A DNA stretch of 64,000 bases from Epithemia pelagica. Lineage: Eukaryota > Protista > Bacillariophyta. The notes below the pieces were generated by a model that was not told where the DNA came from, did no database searches, and was given only the letters and a program-made list of their open reading frames with translations. The stretch lies in NCBI GenBank assembly GCA_946965045.2, contig OX337229.1:3472001-3536000 (forward strand). The letters run 5' to 3'. Both the position numbers and the translations under genes were made by a program. This document shows positions 40,093-52,922 of this stretch, piece by piece; position 1 is the first letter of the stretch; every line of letters begins with the position of its first letter.

Positions 40093-42059
40093 CTCCCTCC
40101 TGAAAGAAAATACTTCACGATTTTACAAAAAAAACGATAATTTCACAAGCGAACGTCCTTTTTCCGTAAAATTTTTTTTGTTAGAAAGCCCTACTCATTA
40201 GCTCTGTTTTGGTGTATAATTTATATGTTCGATTCTTGCGTCGGAACGAGGTACGACCGTTCAAAAGGCGTGATTTTGAGCATTGGTCGACAGAGCCCAC
40301 CGGTTGACACTTCTATGGCGCCTACGAACACGTCCTCTTCAGGGCGGCCCCCCAGGGCACCAAAGTACAAGACCATGCGTGAAACTGATAAGGTTCGCAT
40401 CGTTTCAGCGCTCAATTCCATGGTCAACCAAGGCACCTTTGGCCATGGTTCCATTTCTTCCATGGCTAGAGAGATGGGTTATGACAGGTTGACTATAAGT
40501 AAACTCTGGAACGGCGCGCGTGTGACACGTGCCACGGGCGTAATTCATTCACCTGAAATTTCAAGAAAGCTTGACAGGCGTGGGCGAAGGCCTAAATTGT
40601 CTCCTTCTACGATTAGAATAAAGGTAAAAGCCCTTCCGTTGAACGCACGGAACACAAGGCAAAACCTCTCCTTCGCGTTGCGAGTTTCACACACCACTGT
40701 GAACTCGTGGGTGAAGAAAGGGATCCTTTGCACTCACAGGAACATGTTGAAACCAACGCTAACTGAACAGAACAAGCTCTCCAGGCTCTTGATGGCAACA
40801 TCATTTGTCAAGGAGAAGGACAACAAGCCAGGTGAGTATGAGTACGAGGATATGCTGGACCTTGTGCACATTGATGAAAAATGGTTTTACCTGTCACAAG
40901 ATGGAAAGAGATTTGTGCTTGCAGACGACGAGGAAAATCCACATCGTACTGTGAAACATAAGAGCCACATCACCAAGGTGATGTTTCTGTGTGCTGTTGC
41001 AAGGCCCAGGTTCATCCCCCACCTGAACAAGTGGTGGGATGGCAAGATTGGCATCTGGCCCATTGGTGAGTGGGTTCCTGCCAAAAGGGATTCTGCTAAT
41101 CGCAAGAAAGGTACTCCGGTGTGGAAAAATACCAGTATTACCAGGGATGTGTACCGGTCCCTATTGGTGGAGAAGGTATTGCCTGGAATCATGGAGCAGT
41201 GGCCAGTGGAAGACAGAAAAGAAAGGGTGATAAGAATTCAGCAGGATGGTGCCAAGTCTCACATTTCAGAACGTGACCCTGAGTTCCTTGAATTCCTAAA
41301 GGATCTCAAGAATGATGGACAGTTGGATGCAACACTCTACACCCAGTCTCCCAATAGTCCAGATACAAACATCTGTGACTTGGGGTTTTTCAGGGCCATT
41401 CAGAGTGCAAGTCTGATTTTTGGATCAAATGAAAAGGCTTTGATTGATGCCGTGACCAAGGCCTTCAATGAGTATCCCAAAGAAAAGCTGAACAGGACCT
41501 GGCTAACCCTACAGTCATGCTTCAACATGATCATTGAGGAAGATGGTGGAAATGACTACAAGATCCCCCACATGAATAAGGAGGGTCTTGAACGGATTGG
41601 TCAACTTCCCACGGTGTTGGATGTCACTGAGGCCTTCACAGCAAACAACAATCTGCATCTACTGGAATAGAAAAACCTAAAGCTAAATGAATACCTGGCC
41701 AACCTCCACTTGATCCAGGAGGTGGCCAGGGGCTACGGCCAATGATTGTCCCTATAGGTAAAGGAATAGGAGTTATTGTTGTTGCTGTGTGGTCGTTGTT
41801 GCGAGTTTCCTTCATGTGTGTTGTTGGAGGGAGACGAGTGAGTTTTTCCCATCACTAATCGCCAGGTTGTAGCTGTGGAACCAATGGATCTGGCAAGTGG
41901 CACGTGTCACTGGTTTATCTTCGTATCCAAAATCACAGGGGGTTTCGACTCCGAATGAGCCAGCCGGCCTCCTGTAGACTTGTACCAGAGCCTACGTAAT
42001 CTTTTTATGCGACTAAAAAACACAAAAAAAAACGTGAAGTATTTTCTTTCAGGAGGGAG
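40093..42059 (+). mobile_element. Mariner-like element (plant-mariner/Stowaway-type ends), intact
   Basis: Perfect 27-bp TIRs CTCCCTCCTGAAAGAAAATACTTCACG, a TA TSD on both sides and a single uninterrupted transposase ORF. Confidence 0.95.
40315..41670 (+). CDS. Mariner transposase (451 aa)
   Basis: Motifs VHIDEKWFY, KVMFLCAVARPR, DGKIGIWP, IQQDGAKSH, QSPNSPDTNICDLGFF and GGNDYKIPHM. Confidence 0.95.
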   Translation: MAPTNTSSSGRPPRAPKYKTMRETDKVRIVSALNSMVNQGTFGHGSISSMAREMGYDRLTISKLWNGARVTRATGVIHSPEISRKLDRRGRRPKLSPSTIRIKVKALPLNARNTRQNLSFALRVSHTTVNSWVKKGILCTHRNMLKPTLTEQNKLSRLLMATSFVKEKDNKPGEYEYEDMLDLVHIDEKWFYLSQDGKRFVLADDEENPHRTVKHKSHITKVMFLCAVARPRFIPHLNKWWDGKIGIWPIGEWVPAKRDSANRKKGTPVWKNTSITRDVYRSLLVEKVLPGIMEQWPVEDRKERVIRIQQDGAKSHISERDPEFLEFLKDLKNDGQLDATLYTQSPNSPDTNICDLGFFRAIQSASLIFGSNEKALIDAVTKAFNEYPKEKLNRTWLTLQSCFNMIIEEDGGNDYKIPHMNKEGLERIGQLPTVLDVTEAFTANNNLHLLE

Positions 42060-42317
42060 TAGCTGCTAACCTTAGCTTTAGTTACTATTGCTACCACCTA
42101 GAGGAGTACGAAAGGGGTAGTGTACTCCTCTTTCTTGAAAAACTTCAACAGACAGGGATCATGATTCATGATGCCTTCTTCCGATTATTAGGAGGCGCGC
42201 ACACCACACGCAACACGCACGTGATTTTGAGTCACTGCGACATAGGACATGCGACATGCGATCGCTATTATTTTTCTCGAATTAGGCATGCTCCCTGTAC
42301 GATTCTACGACTCGCTA

Positions 42318-42902
42318 CAAGCTAGTTCACGTTGCGAAGTGCATGAGTTTTTCAGAGTGGGAAATTGTATACCACACTTTATCCGACATTACCCCAGCGT
42401 TTCGAACCAGTTACTTTTTCATGCTCCTCACATTTTGTCGCGCACATATCGTAAAATGCAAAATGCAATAACGACAAGTGACCGCTTCATGCGACAATGG
42501 CCATTCACCAGCCGAGATGCGAAGCACCACCCAACCTAATCGATAGGATAGATATAAAAGTAGTAGGAAATCATAGGGGTGTCGCGCATCTCGACCTGTA
42601 GTTCAGTCTCCACAAGGAGTGAACGTATTTCCACTGCTGAGCATCGTGGACAATCATTCTCCATCTCCTTAGCTGTGCCCATAAAAACAAATTAACCTAC
42701 TTCGTCTATTAGTTGCAGCAGTTCTTGTGCTTGCGGCCATGAATGGCATCGTATTTGCCCAAACATCGGGACGTCCCATTGTCATTGTCATTGTCATGGG
42801 TGCTGTGCTGCGGAAAATCACTATAGAATTTTATGTACAATTTTTTTCTTGTACAGTCTTCTACACTAATATACTCATGCACTGCGCAACGTGAACCAGC
42901 TT
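42318..42902. mobile_element. CAAGCTGG-family MITE, copy 1 (right end degenerate)
   Basis: TA|CAAGCTAGTTCACGTTGCGAAGTGCATGAGT ... ACTCATGCACTGCGCAACGTGAACCAGCTT. It is colinear with copy 2. Confidence 0.85.
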
Positions 42903-43026
42903 ACCTGTCAATATCAGCAGTTGTTAGTTATCAGTATCAGGTTGTCAAGTCTCGACGTCGTGTGTGACATTTTCGACCAATAATGTTCCGATAACTGTCG
43001 TTTCAGTTTTCATTGTCCAATTGTTA

Positions 43027-43613
43027 CAAGCTGGTTCACGTTCCGAAGTGCATGAGTTTTTCAGAGTGGGAAATTGTATACTACACTTTAGCCTACAGTA
43101 CCCCAGCGTTTCGAACCAGTTACTTTTTCATGCTCCTCACATTTTGTCGCGCACATATCGTAAAATGCAAAATGCAATAACGACAAGTGACCGCTTCATG
43201 CGACAATGGCCAATCCCCGGGCCGAACGAGCAGCACCACCTAACCTAATCGATAGGATAGATATAAAAGTAGTAGGAAATCGTAGGGGTGTCGCTCGTTC
43301 GCACCTACGACTCTGTCTCCAGGGGCAGTGAACGTATTTCCACTGCTGAGCATCGTGGACAATCATTCTCCATCTCCTTAGCTGTGCCCATGAAAACAAA
43401 TTTAACCTACTTCGTCTACAAGTTGCAGCAGTTCTTGTGCTGGCGGCCATGAATGGCATCGTATTTGCCCAAACATCGGCCGTCCCATTGTCATTGTTAT
43501 GGGTGCTGTGCTCTGTGCTGCGGAAAATCACTATAGCATTTTATGTACGATTTTTTTCTTGTACAGTCTTCTACACTAATATACTCATGCACTACGCAAC
43601 GTGAGCCAGCTTG
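43027..43613. mobile_element. CAAGCTGG-family MITE, copy 2
   Basis: TA|CAAGCTGGTTCACGTTCCGAAGTGCATGAGT ... ACTCATGCACTACGCAACGTGAGCCAGCTTG|TA, giving ~31-bp TIRs and a TA TSD. Confidence 0.9.
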
Positions 43614-43878
43614 TAGTGGCCATTGCTTACAATCTCGACTACGGTGACTTCTACCAAGCTTCCACGACTTATATAATCGTCGGCAACGCGCTTCCACCAA
43701 TTAATGAAAGACAACATAAACAAGGGTAGCAAATCGGACAGCCCCTTTCGCGTGGTTGAATCGGATAATCAGTGGAGAACAAGAAGTTAAAACATCACAA
43801 GCCATATTTGTATCGTTTGCTTTATTTGGGTTCTTAATGTTGATTGCTTTTGGTCAAGACGAGCTACAAATAATAATA

Positions 43879-44923
43879 ATGGAAAGGACTCTTGATGGAC
43901 CGAACGATTTTCCGCGCAGCATAGTCCCTGCGGCATCGGAGGGTCCTTGTGCAGCAGCTCAGGCAGATGTAAACGCCGTCGCCAACAACGCGGGACATGG
44001 TCCGCCTCAACAGGACGATAGCGATGACAAGGAACAACGCGCCAAGGATACGCCTAAGAAAGGCAAGCGACCGGGGAGCAAGCACAAGACAAGGAAGGCC
44101 GTCAAGAAGAAACCGGACGACATGCCACGGCGCCCGCTGAGTGCGTACAACTATTTTTTCAGCGAGATGAGAACCAAGCTAGTTGCTGAAAGAGCAGAAG
44201 GAATTGAAGGAGGCTTTCAAGAATTTCTCGTTGCCCAAGGAGCAGCAACTGATGGGTCGAAAAAGAATGGTTTCTTTTCGAACATGGGAAAGTATGTGGC
44301 CAAGTGTTGGAAAGAATTGGTAAGCACTTGACTTAACGATACCAGTGGCGGTTTTCTGCTTCGTATTCTCCTCCTCTTCACTCATCCGCGACCTATGATA
44401 CGCCTTCTGTTCTGTTTCTTTCAGTCCCCAGAAGAAATCAAGCCATTCACGGATAAGGGTAAGCTGTATTATCCCTTCTAGGTGTTTTCCTGTGGTTTCA
44501 TTGAGCGTATCTCACACCATTTGGTTTTCTGCAGCGGATGACGACTTGGAACGTTACAGGCGTGAAATGGACGAATATCGCGAAGGAGTTGCGCGGAAAA
44601 CACGTCTTGCGTCAGAGAAAAAACTCATGGAACAAGAGACGACAAGGATCAACAAGGAGCCTGACAATGTGAAAGCCTCCCCGAAGACTCAAGCTGTCCC
44701 CAACGCTGCATCTGGCGTTGTAAGTGATGGGGCTCCATTACAAGCGTTGGCTTCGACGAACCAACAACTGCTACAAGCCTCAGTTCCTAGTCAACAGTTC
44801 CCAGGCTCGTCCGTTGCTAGCCATCACAATCTCATGCAAGCTGGACTGGATCCAACCTATCAGCTTCTTCTTCGCCAGCAGCTTCTTGCATCTCCGAGTC
44901 CGCAGCTGAATTCGTTGTTGTTA

Positions 44924-44958
<35 letters not shown>

Positions 44959-45613
44959 ATCGCAGTTAGTCAACTCTCAAATGCTGCAAGCTGGAATTGC
45001 TGGAAGTCACCAGCTTTCTAGTTATGGACAGGTTCTAGGACAACCTGACATCACAAACAGGCAATCAGAACTCACCCTGGGCATGGGCATGCTTCCTTCA
45101 GGCATTCCACCTCAACTTCAAAATCCATCAAGTGCTGCTCTCTTGTCTGAAGCACCTCAAATGACGTCGGTAGGTGGTGCACCTGGGATGGGCATGGAAA
45201 ATTTTCACGCTCAGTTAGCGGGGCAGCCACTCACAGGTGGACATCAACTTGACGGTCAAGCCCTCACTGGGCAATCCTTTGCGGGACAATCCCTTACCGG
45301 ACAGTCCTTAGCTGGACATCCCATTGTAGGGCAACCTCTTGCTGGACAACCTCTTGCCAACCAAACTCTTACTGGCCAGCCCCTTGCCAACCAATCTCTC
45401 GCTGGGTATCCACTTTCTGGGCAAACTGGAGATCACCAAATAGCTGGCCAACTTGGCCAACTCCAGATCAATCAGAACTATTTGGGGCAACAGCTTGCTA
45501 GTAAAGCACCATACGGGGTACTGGGGCTTCAGGCACAGGCACCAACACCCAACAATGCATCGGCGCCTCCCCGTAGTCTTCCTAATGGACTCAATGGGGG
45601 AGCCTACATGTAG
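43879..45613 (+). CDS. HMG-box transcription factor with a Q-rich C-terminus (3 exons)
   Basis: KKKPDDMPRRPLSAYNYFFSEMR...FSNMGKYVAKCWKEL | SPEEIKPFTDK | ADDDLERYRREMDEYR. Two GT-AG introns lie between 44321 and 44534. Confidence 0.85.
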
Positions 45614-46127
45614 GGGTTAAATTTTGTGAACAAGCCACCGAGAGTCAGTTCGGTCACCCCTCAGAGTGAGCTATATGGAAACATTGGAGGGGCATGCCGT
45701 TTACTGACTTCATGGAAAACTTGCAACGAATGAATAGTTTTGCGTAATCCATTCTATTAATAACAAATAACATGGGAGATTGATGTTTCGTTCCCAAACA
45801 TCCATGGGACTCGTCGCCTGTTGTGACCTACTAGGAGTAGGAATGTAACTCCCACTTCTTCTAGGTAGTTTACATGGAGAGATGAGGACGTGTCCCTGTG
45901 ATTGAGAGTACTCCTCTTCTAGGAGTACATGAGAATGGGAGCACCGTAGGTCTACAATGTGGTCGGTGTTAAGGTTAAAAGTCTATGTGCTCTGTTCCAG
46001 AGCGTATAGGAGAGTAGCTCCCCATTCGTTTGCCCCGTCTCAATGGGCAATGCCATACGTTCACTGTTCTTCCTAGCAACAGTTGACGTACCTCTCCCAT
46101 CACATCAAGTGTTCTAAAATTGGACAT

Positions 46128-49100
46128 ATGTCAGGTCCTCTGGAACAGAGTAGTAACGGGTCTTCGTCATGGACGGCGGAGCATCATTTGGTTGGGAAGA
46201 AGGTTGAGCAGAATCTCCTCATCTCCGCGGTTGAGTTCGACCAACCGGATTCATACGTAATATCCAACGAATCGATCGAAGCTCAGTCTTTTCAACCTGA
46301 GAACGTGAGAGAGCGTAAGCCTGCGCTTTGGAGATCCAGTGTTGAGCGTGCCGAGCGTCCGTCGCTCGCTATCGACTTGGTCTCATCAGATTGGCAGCAA
46401 CAGCATCAGACTCCACCTCTTCCTCCAAAGCATATTCAAGATGTGATGACAGAAAGGCTCAATGGACTCATTCTGGATCACATATACGAGAAGATACTTC
46501 CTCAACTAGTTTTGAAAGCGGCATTGGAAGAAGTTCGGTCTCATTTCATGCGCACAGCACTTTCTGACAACATCAGTGGGTCCCGTCGATCGTCAAAGGC
46601 ATCGCAGCCTGATGTCCAAATTCCCCCATTGTACTACGCAAAGCATCCTAATTCGTATCTGAAAGCACCTGAACGAACGGAGAAGGAGCCATCTACAGCA
46701 TCTGTTGTAGAATTTACTCCAAGCAATATCTTGAATCGGATAAAAGCAGGCTGTGCTCTTGCGTGGTCAGAGATTGAGCCTACGCGTCGGCCGCTTTTGA
46801 ATGAAAGTATTGCTTCTGATCGTCGTGCGAGTAGTAGAATCGCGAGAATTGTAGAAGAAAAAGAGAAACAAGATCAACCGAAGGAAGATACGAGGTATTT
46901 CTGGGGGGTGATCACAGGTGGTACAATAGCCTCTTTCCTATTGGACACGGTTTTGAGACAATCAGAAATCATCCCTGACACCAGCACACAAATATCAAAA
47001 GAGACAGCAGCCGTTGCAAGTGAGGCGGGTGATCTGGAGAAAGGAAAGAGTGACGATGCAATTGAAGATCATCGTCCGAACTTGACAACAGGCCAAACCT
47101 TAAACGAGACGAACGAAGGCGAAGAGGGCAACACGCTCAGTAACTCGGATCCAGACGAACAAAAACGAAGGATTGATCTAAAAGAGCAGACAATCGAAAG
47201 CAATGGTGAAGATGAAGTTGACAGTTCCGATGCGCATAATCCTTACCTGCCGTTGTCAGAGTATGGATTGCTTGAGTGGCTGGGTAAAAAGACTGCTAAG
47301 CTCTTGTCAGTGTCGGATCTACAAAGAGTATTTCCGTCACTGATGCTCCGAAACTATGGGAAGAAAAAGAAAAAGACAGAATACCACGGGCTATCTGGTC
47401 TGGTCGCTCGTCCTCTATTATCAAGTGTGGACAAACAACTTTGGGAAAAGGTCGTTTCTCCGTTTCCATTCGACGAGGAGTTGTCGGCCCGTTTGGTTCT
47501 TGAATCTCTGGCGCATGATGATGTCTCGAACATTGATCAGTGGGAAACTGCTTATTTTGCCCGCGCATCCTTCTCTCTTCGTATTGTCGATGACGGCCCC
47601 GAGAGGGGACCAAAAATTGGGAAACCAATTGACAACTTCAAGCAAATTGAAAAGGAGTATAAGGAGAGGAAGACATGGGAAATTCTGAGGTTCAAAGGAA
47701 TTCACTCGGGTTTCACCGTTTGGCCGTCATGGATAACTTCTGTCAATGAATGGAAAGAAAAAGAGCTTGCAGGCAAAGATGATTCCGTAATGGATGAAAT
47801 GAACGACAACGCAAATAATGACTTAGATATCGCAAAGGCCATCGCGTCGGAAGAAGAGCCAAACAGTCGAAGACGGAAAACAAGGCGTGGAGGGGAAACG
47901 TCAGGAGTCTTCTATGGTAACCAGTCCGGTCTTACGTTGAAGCAACTTATGGAGACGCTCCTGCGGCTCGTTTCTCAAAAATCATTGAAGACATTGCCAG
48001 AGCTGTTGCAGAAGGTTCCTGACGAGAGCACAGACCCACTGCGTCGTATGAGAAACGCCCTTGGACGTTTGGTCTGGAAACGAAAACAAATGTCTCAGCT
48101 TCCAGTAAACACTCAATGGACTGATTCATCGCTACCGGAGACTGTTTTCTCGTATGATTTTCCGAAATCGAACGAGAAAGAAGTTCATGCATCCGATGAT
48201 CTTCGCGAACTTCTGCTTTACATTGTAGATATGCGTAAAACAGAGTTGCAGTTGCGCCGCATCATTTGCTCGCTGCTGACTTCACTACCTGTATCTTTGA
48301 TTGCGAGTGCCGGCGATGACAGGCCAGGAACTATGGAGGCCTCGGATCAAGAAAGTTTTACAGAACTTGAGAGTATTCAGTGGAAAACCGATGGCCATGA
48401 TCTTATTGGTAAAAACATATACAGGCCATCCGTCGACTACAACATTGACAGTAATGCGCCTTGCCAAATGTTCAAGATTCAAGGGTTCACGCCTTCCGTC
48501 CTGTTAGATCCTGACGAAGGAGAGACCACCCAAGAGAAGCCTTCAATTGGTATCGGGAAAGAAAACAGAGCTGTCGAATGCAGGGCCCGATTTTTGGCTC
48601 GCTCATGTTCCGGGGATAAAGCTCCGGTTTCACTGGTTCTCACAGAATCTCAGGTAAGTTATGTGTTTAACACTGTATGATGGACCTTGAGGAAGCTCTT
48701 ACCTATGAATCGTTGGTTAAGGTCTTTGCGGGAATCAAGGCCGCGGAAATTCACACGTCATCAGATGTATCAGATCGGGTTGAAGATCACCAATTCGCAG
48801 GGAATGCTATGGCAAAAGTTACCTTGGTACCTTGTTCATCGAGCGAGTCTGAGAAACAGATAAACGGAGAAGTGGTTGGATGGGATTCAAACATCGACGA
48901 AGAGGGACACCTTGAACAGAAAATTCTGGTCCTGCCGGGGAACGGAGATTCGCCTTCTTTTTGGGCGTCTTTGTCTGGTGCAAAACAGGGTACCTTGTTG
49001 TGTAAAATCGATGGGGGTGATGATGATTTCACTGTACAGCAATTTGACTACCATTCTTCCTCTCGTGCATTCAAAGAGTGCCGCGAAATCATCGGGCATC

Positions 49101-50518
49101 TTCAACGTCACTCGAAAGCTAATCCCTTTCTTGAACCTGTAGACCCCGTGACTCTGGGGATTCCGAACTATTTCGATGTCATAAAAAATCCAATGGATAT
49201 AAGAACAGTGTCTGAAAAACTGGAACGTGGGGAGTACTCGAATTTGCATCCAAAGGATTCATTGGGTCGAACACCAGTATCGAGAATGTTGAATGGGCCT
49301 TTCAGGAAGGATATTGAACTCATTTTTGACAATGCAATCGCATTCAACCCTCCTGATGATTGGATTTACCAGGCAGCCGTCTCACTTAAGAAATATATCG
49401 CCAAGAAAATCGATCAGGCATCTTCGTCCGCTGATGAATCTATATCTGGTCGACGGCGTCCTAATACAAGCGCCTACATTGATTACGACAGCGACGTTGA
49501 CATGTATATGTACGAGAGTGACAGAGATGATGACTACGAGGAATCTCGTCCATCAAGGAAACGGAAAGATTCCCGTGCGGGTTGGTCAGGGGAAGACACC
49601 GCATCGAAAGCGATTGAGCGCCCTGTCAAATTGCAGAAGGTACTGGGGGATTCACAAGGATTGCGTGCTCCTCTGTCGCATCTTCCAATAAACTCCAACT
49701 CTTCCACTTTTTCTCTTCCTTCTGACTGGAATTGCGAGAGATCGAGCTCTTCTCGAGGCAACAGTAACACAGAGGACCACGCCACCAACGACTTAGGGGA
49801 GCTGGTCTCTCGACGCTCGCAAGTTGAAGAAAAGCAATTTTCGGGGCTACGGCGATCCACTCGGTCAGCCATCGAACCCCATGATACAAAAGGAGGGCGA
49901 GACATGCAGTCTCCCGATTTGACTTTTGTGCATCACCTCCTCGACAAGTTAGATGATATCGAATCACCAAAGAACCGGGCTGAAGTAGAGATTGTTCGAG
50001 AGAGACTTCATGAGGAATTTTTCGCTAAAGTTTATCATACTCACTACAACGATATAATGTCGGCTTTGGAAGCAAAAATGGGATCTGAAAACCATCAATC
50101 ATCAACGGGTTTGTTCTCTGATGATTGTTTTCCGCCATTTCTTGGAAGAGTGACACCGGTATCGTTTCCCTCTTACAAAGGAGACGTCACGTGGGAGATT
50201 CGGACGTCAAATATGGTTCCTGCTCTCCGTTGGGTGCTGCGCGGCCTTGTCGCGTCAGGTCATTTTTCCGAGATCGAACCGATGGCTTCCGATTCTGTTC
50301 AAAGTGGAGTGCTCATCCCAAACAATTTCTACTATATTGATACAAGGATGGTGCCGTTCGATGTGCTGCACCAGAGAGAAATACAGAGACGAAAGAAAGC
50401 GAACCAAGAGGAATCTGGTGAAGATGAAGAAGCAATTGAACTCAGCGAGTACGAGAAAAGGCGTGCCGAGAGGGTGGCTCGGAATCAAGATCGTCTTAAG
50501 ATTTTGGGATTGGCGTAG
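46128..50518 (+). CDS. Large bromodomain-containing protein (2 exons)
   Basis: Bromodomain ANPFLEPVDPVTLGIPNYFDVIKNPMDIRTVSEKL...DIELIFDNAIAFNP. An intron at ~48655-48720 (CAG|GTAAGT...TAAG|GTC) joins the 865 aa and 613 aa ORFs. Confidence 0.85.
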
Positions 50519-50841
50519 TTTTGCTAAAAATAAACCCTTTCCTACTGTCGTTGTCCATATCTCAACCTCCCGATCTCGAAAAGGAATCATGGAAGTATCC
50601 CTTTGCTGTAATGGAGAGTGGTTGAGAACTAGATAGTAGATTCAGATGGATTCGAAAACATATCGAACACAAAATGAGCAGCACAAAGAAGGCACGGAAT
50701 TGACGCAAAACAAATAATACTTCTAGGAGTAGGAGTAGGAGTAAGGTTACTCGACTGTGAAAGAAGCAGCACATAGCACACATAGTTCGACATTCGACAC
50801 ATCAATCAACAATCAACATGCTCTGTGGGTAGAATGCATCA

Positions 50842-52091
50842 ATGCATCACGACGCTAGGTACTCTGAAAGTCCAATGCACCCGAGAAGAGTAAGAAGAAA
50901 ACAGTGGCATCTGAGGGTTCCGTGCCAAGGATCGTTAACCTCTATTCTGGGGTTGCTGTGGGTAGTTTGCTTCATTGTTTTCAACATTCGATACCGCCAA
51001 AACCGACGAGATCACTTGTTTTCGCTTGGTGTCCTTCGGAAGAATAGATCAAATCTCGGTAGAAAGCAATGGGTTTCACCACTTTCCCAGCCATTTGTAA
51101 GTTGCTTCATGTCATCCTATTTGTCCTACATTATGATGCTGGACGCTCTCACTCGAACTTTTAAAGAATGAAGACAAGGCTGCCGAAAGCGCAAAGAATT
51201 TAATAATCGTTGCAGGCCATTCTGTGACGGCATCAGGACATCTCCAAGATGCAGACCAGGTTGGTGCTTGGTTCTCTGATTAGGCAGGCGTTTGGTTTCT
51301 GTTCTGAGGAACACGATGTGTCTCACATTTTCCGTGCCTCTTGGTGGCATCTCCTTTCAGGATGAGGAGGACTGGTTTTTGTTGCCCTACCAGAAGTCTA
51401 GTGGTTTACCTAACGCAATCGTTGCGCATATCTCTGCTGGAATCAAAGCCTCTGCGATTGATTCAAAGAGTTTGCTTGTGTTCAGTGGTGGTGAAACACG
51501 ACCTGCTGCAGGACCTGACACCGAAGGAGCGAGCTACTTTCGCGTTGCAGATGCGATGAATCTTTGGCCAAAGGCGTCCAACGTTCGATCCAGAACTCTA
51601 TCTGAAGAATTTGCGAGAGACAGTTTCGAAAATTTGTATGTTATACTCCGTTCTTGTTTTGAACAATCAACCGTCGTGGCCTCTAACTTTTCTGAAGGCT
51701 CTTTTCCATCTGTCGGTTCTACGAGGTAACCGGAAGGTACCCTGAAAACATTACTGTTGTCTCTTTCACTTTTAAGGAAAAACGATTCTCCTCCATGCAT
51801 GCTCATGCGCTGAGGTGGCCAGAGTCGAAGTTCGTCTACATAGGGGTTGATCCAGACCCATCATCAGGTTTCGACCTGGCGAAGGCAACAAATGGAGAGA
51901 TGAACAACGCGATGAAACCGTTTGAAGACGATCCGTATGGTTGCAGTTCTTCGGTGTTACAAGAAAAAAGGAAGGAGAGAAATCCATTCCATAGGACACC
52001 TCCGTATGTACAAAGTTGTCCAGGGATGAAAGATGTGCTCACGTATTGTGGACCTGGGTTGATTCCCATTGAGCGCGTACCCTGGACATAG
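50842..52091 (+). CDS. DUF218-like / Rossmann-like sandwich protein (YOR238W-like), 4 exons
   Basis: Motifs [67 protein letters not shown]...HAHALRWP. There is an N-terminal TM anchor. Confidence 0.75.
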
Positions 52092-52289
52092 TTTCGCGGA
52101 TACCGGCTCATGGACCGAAATTGTAATGCCCGAGCTGAAGACTGACAATCTGATGTAAACATATGTACTACACCAGGATCAATGGAGGTGAGAATTGCAG
52201 GCCTAAAGCATGAAAGAAGCTTTGATGCTTTTCGTTCGATAGACTTCATGGACGACGGATTACCACATCAGCATACTAGCATTAGCAGA

Positions 52290-52907
52290 GAGAGGGAGCT
52301 GCATAATCGTAGCCTTACACTTACACCGTAGATACAGGAGAAAGTTGTTCCCCGCACAGAGAGTGAAAGTATTCCCCGCACACTGAGAGAAGTTGTGAAA
52401 GGACCCTTGTCTATCCCTGTGGTTGTGGACAAATTCATAGGGGTAACCAGCCACCCAGCGGCCATGCGTTGATCTCATTGCTCACAGACCCCTCCTACGT
52501 TGACAGGGAACATCGAAGGAGAGGGAGCTGCATAATCGTAGCCTTCCCGCACAGAGAGTGAAAGTATTCCCCGCACACTGAGAGAAGTTGTGAAAGGACC
52601 CTTGTCTATCCCTGTGGATGTGGACAAATTCATAGGGGTAACCAGCCACCCAGCGGCCATGCGTTGATCTCATTGCTCACAGACCCCTCCTACGTTGACA
52701 GGGAACATCGAAGGAGAGGGAGCTGCATAATCGTAGCCTTCCCGCACAGAGAGTGAAAGTATTCCCCGCACACTGAGAGAAGTTGTGAAAGGACCTTTGT
52801 CTATCCCTGTGGATGTGGACAAATTCATAGGGGTAACCAGCCACCCAGCGGCCATGCGTTGATCTCATTGCTCACAGACCCCTCCTACGTTGACAGGGAA
52901 CATCGAA
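52290..52907. repeat. 195-bp tandem repeat, ~3.2 copies
   Basis: Units start at ~52290 (with a 33-nt insert), 52518 and 52713. Copies 2 and 3 differ at one position by eye. The array begins ~15 nt past the stop codon of the minus-strand retropepsin gene. Confidence 0.95.
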
Positions 52908-52922
52908 GCAATATTCATATTC

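Noticed and set aside
52290-52907. Possible hammerhead ribozyme, snRNA or CRISPR array in the 195-bp repeat
   Set aside because: CTGAGAG...GAAA does not fit the CUGANGA core. The ATCGTAGCC match to U4 is only 9 nt. The units are contiguous with no unique spacers.
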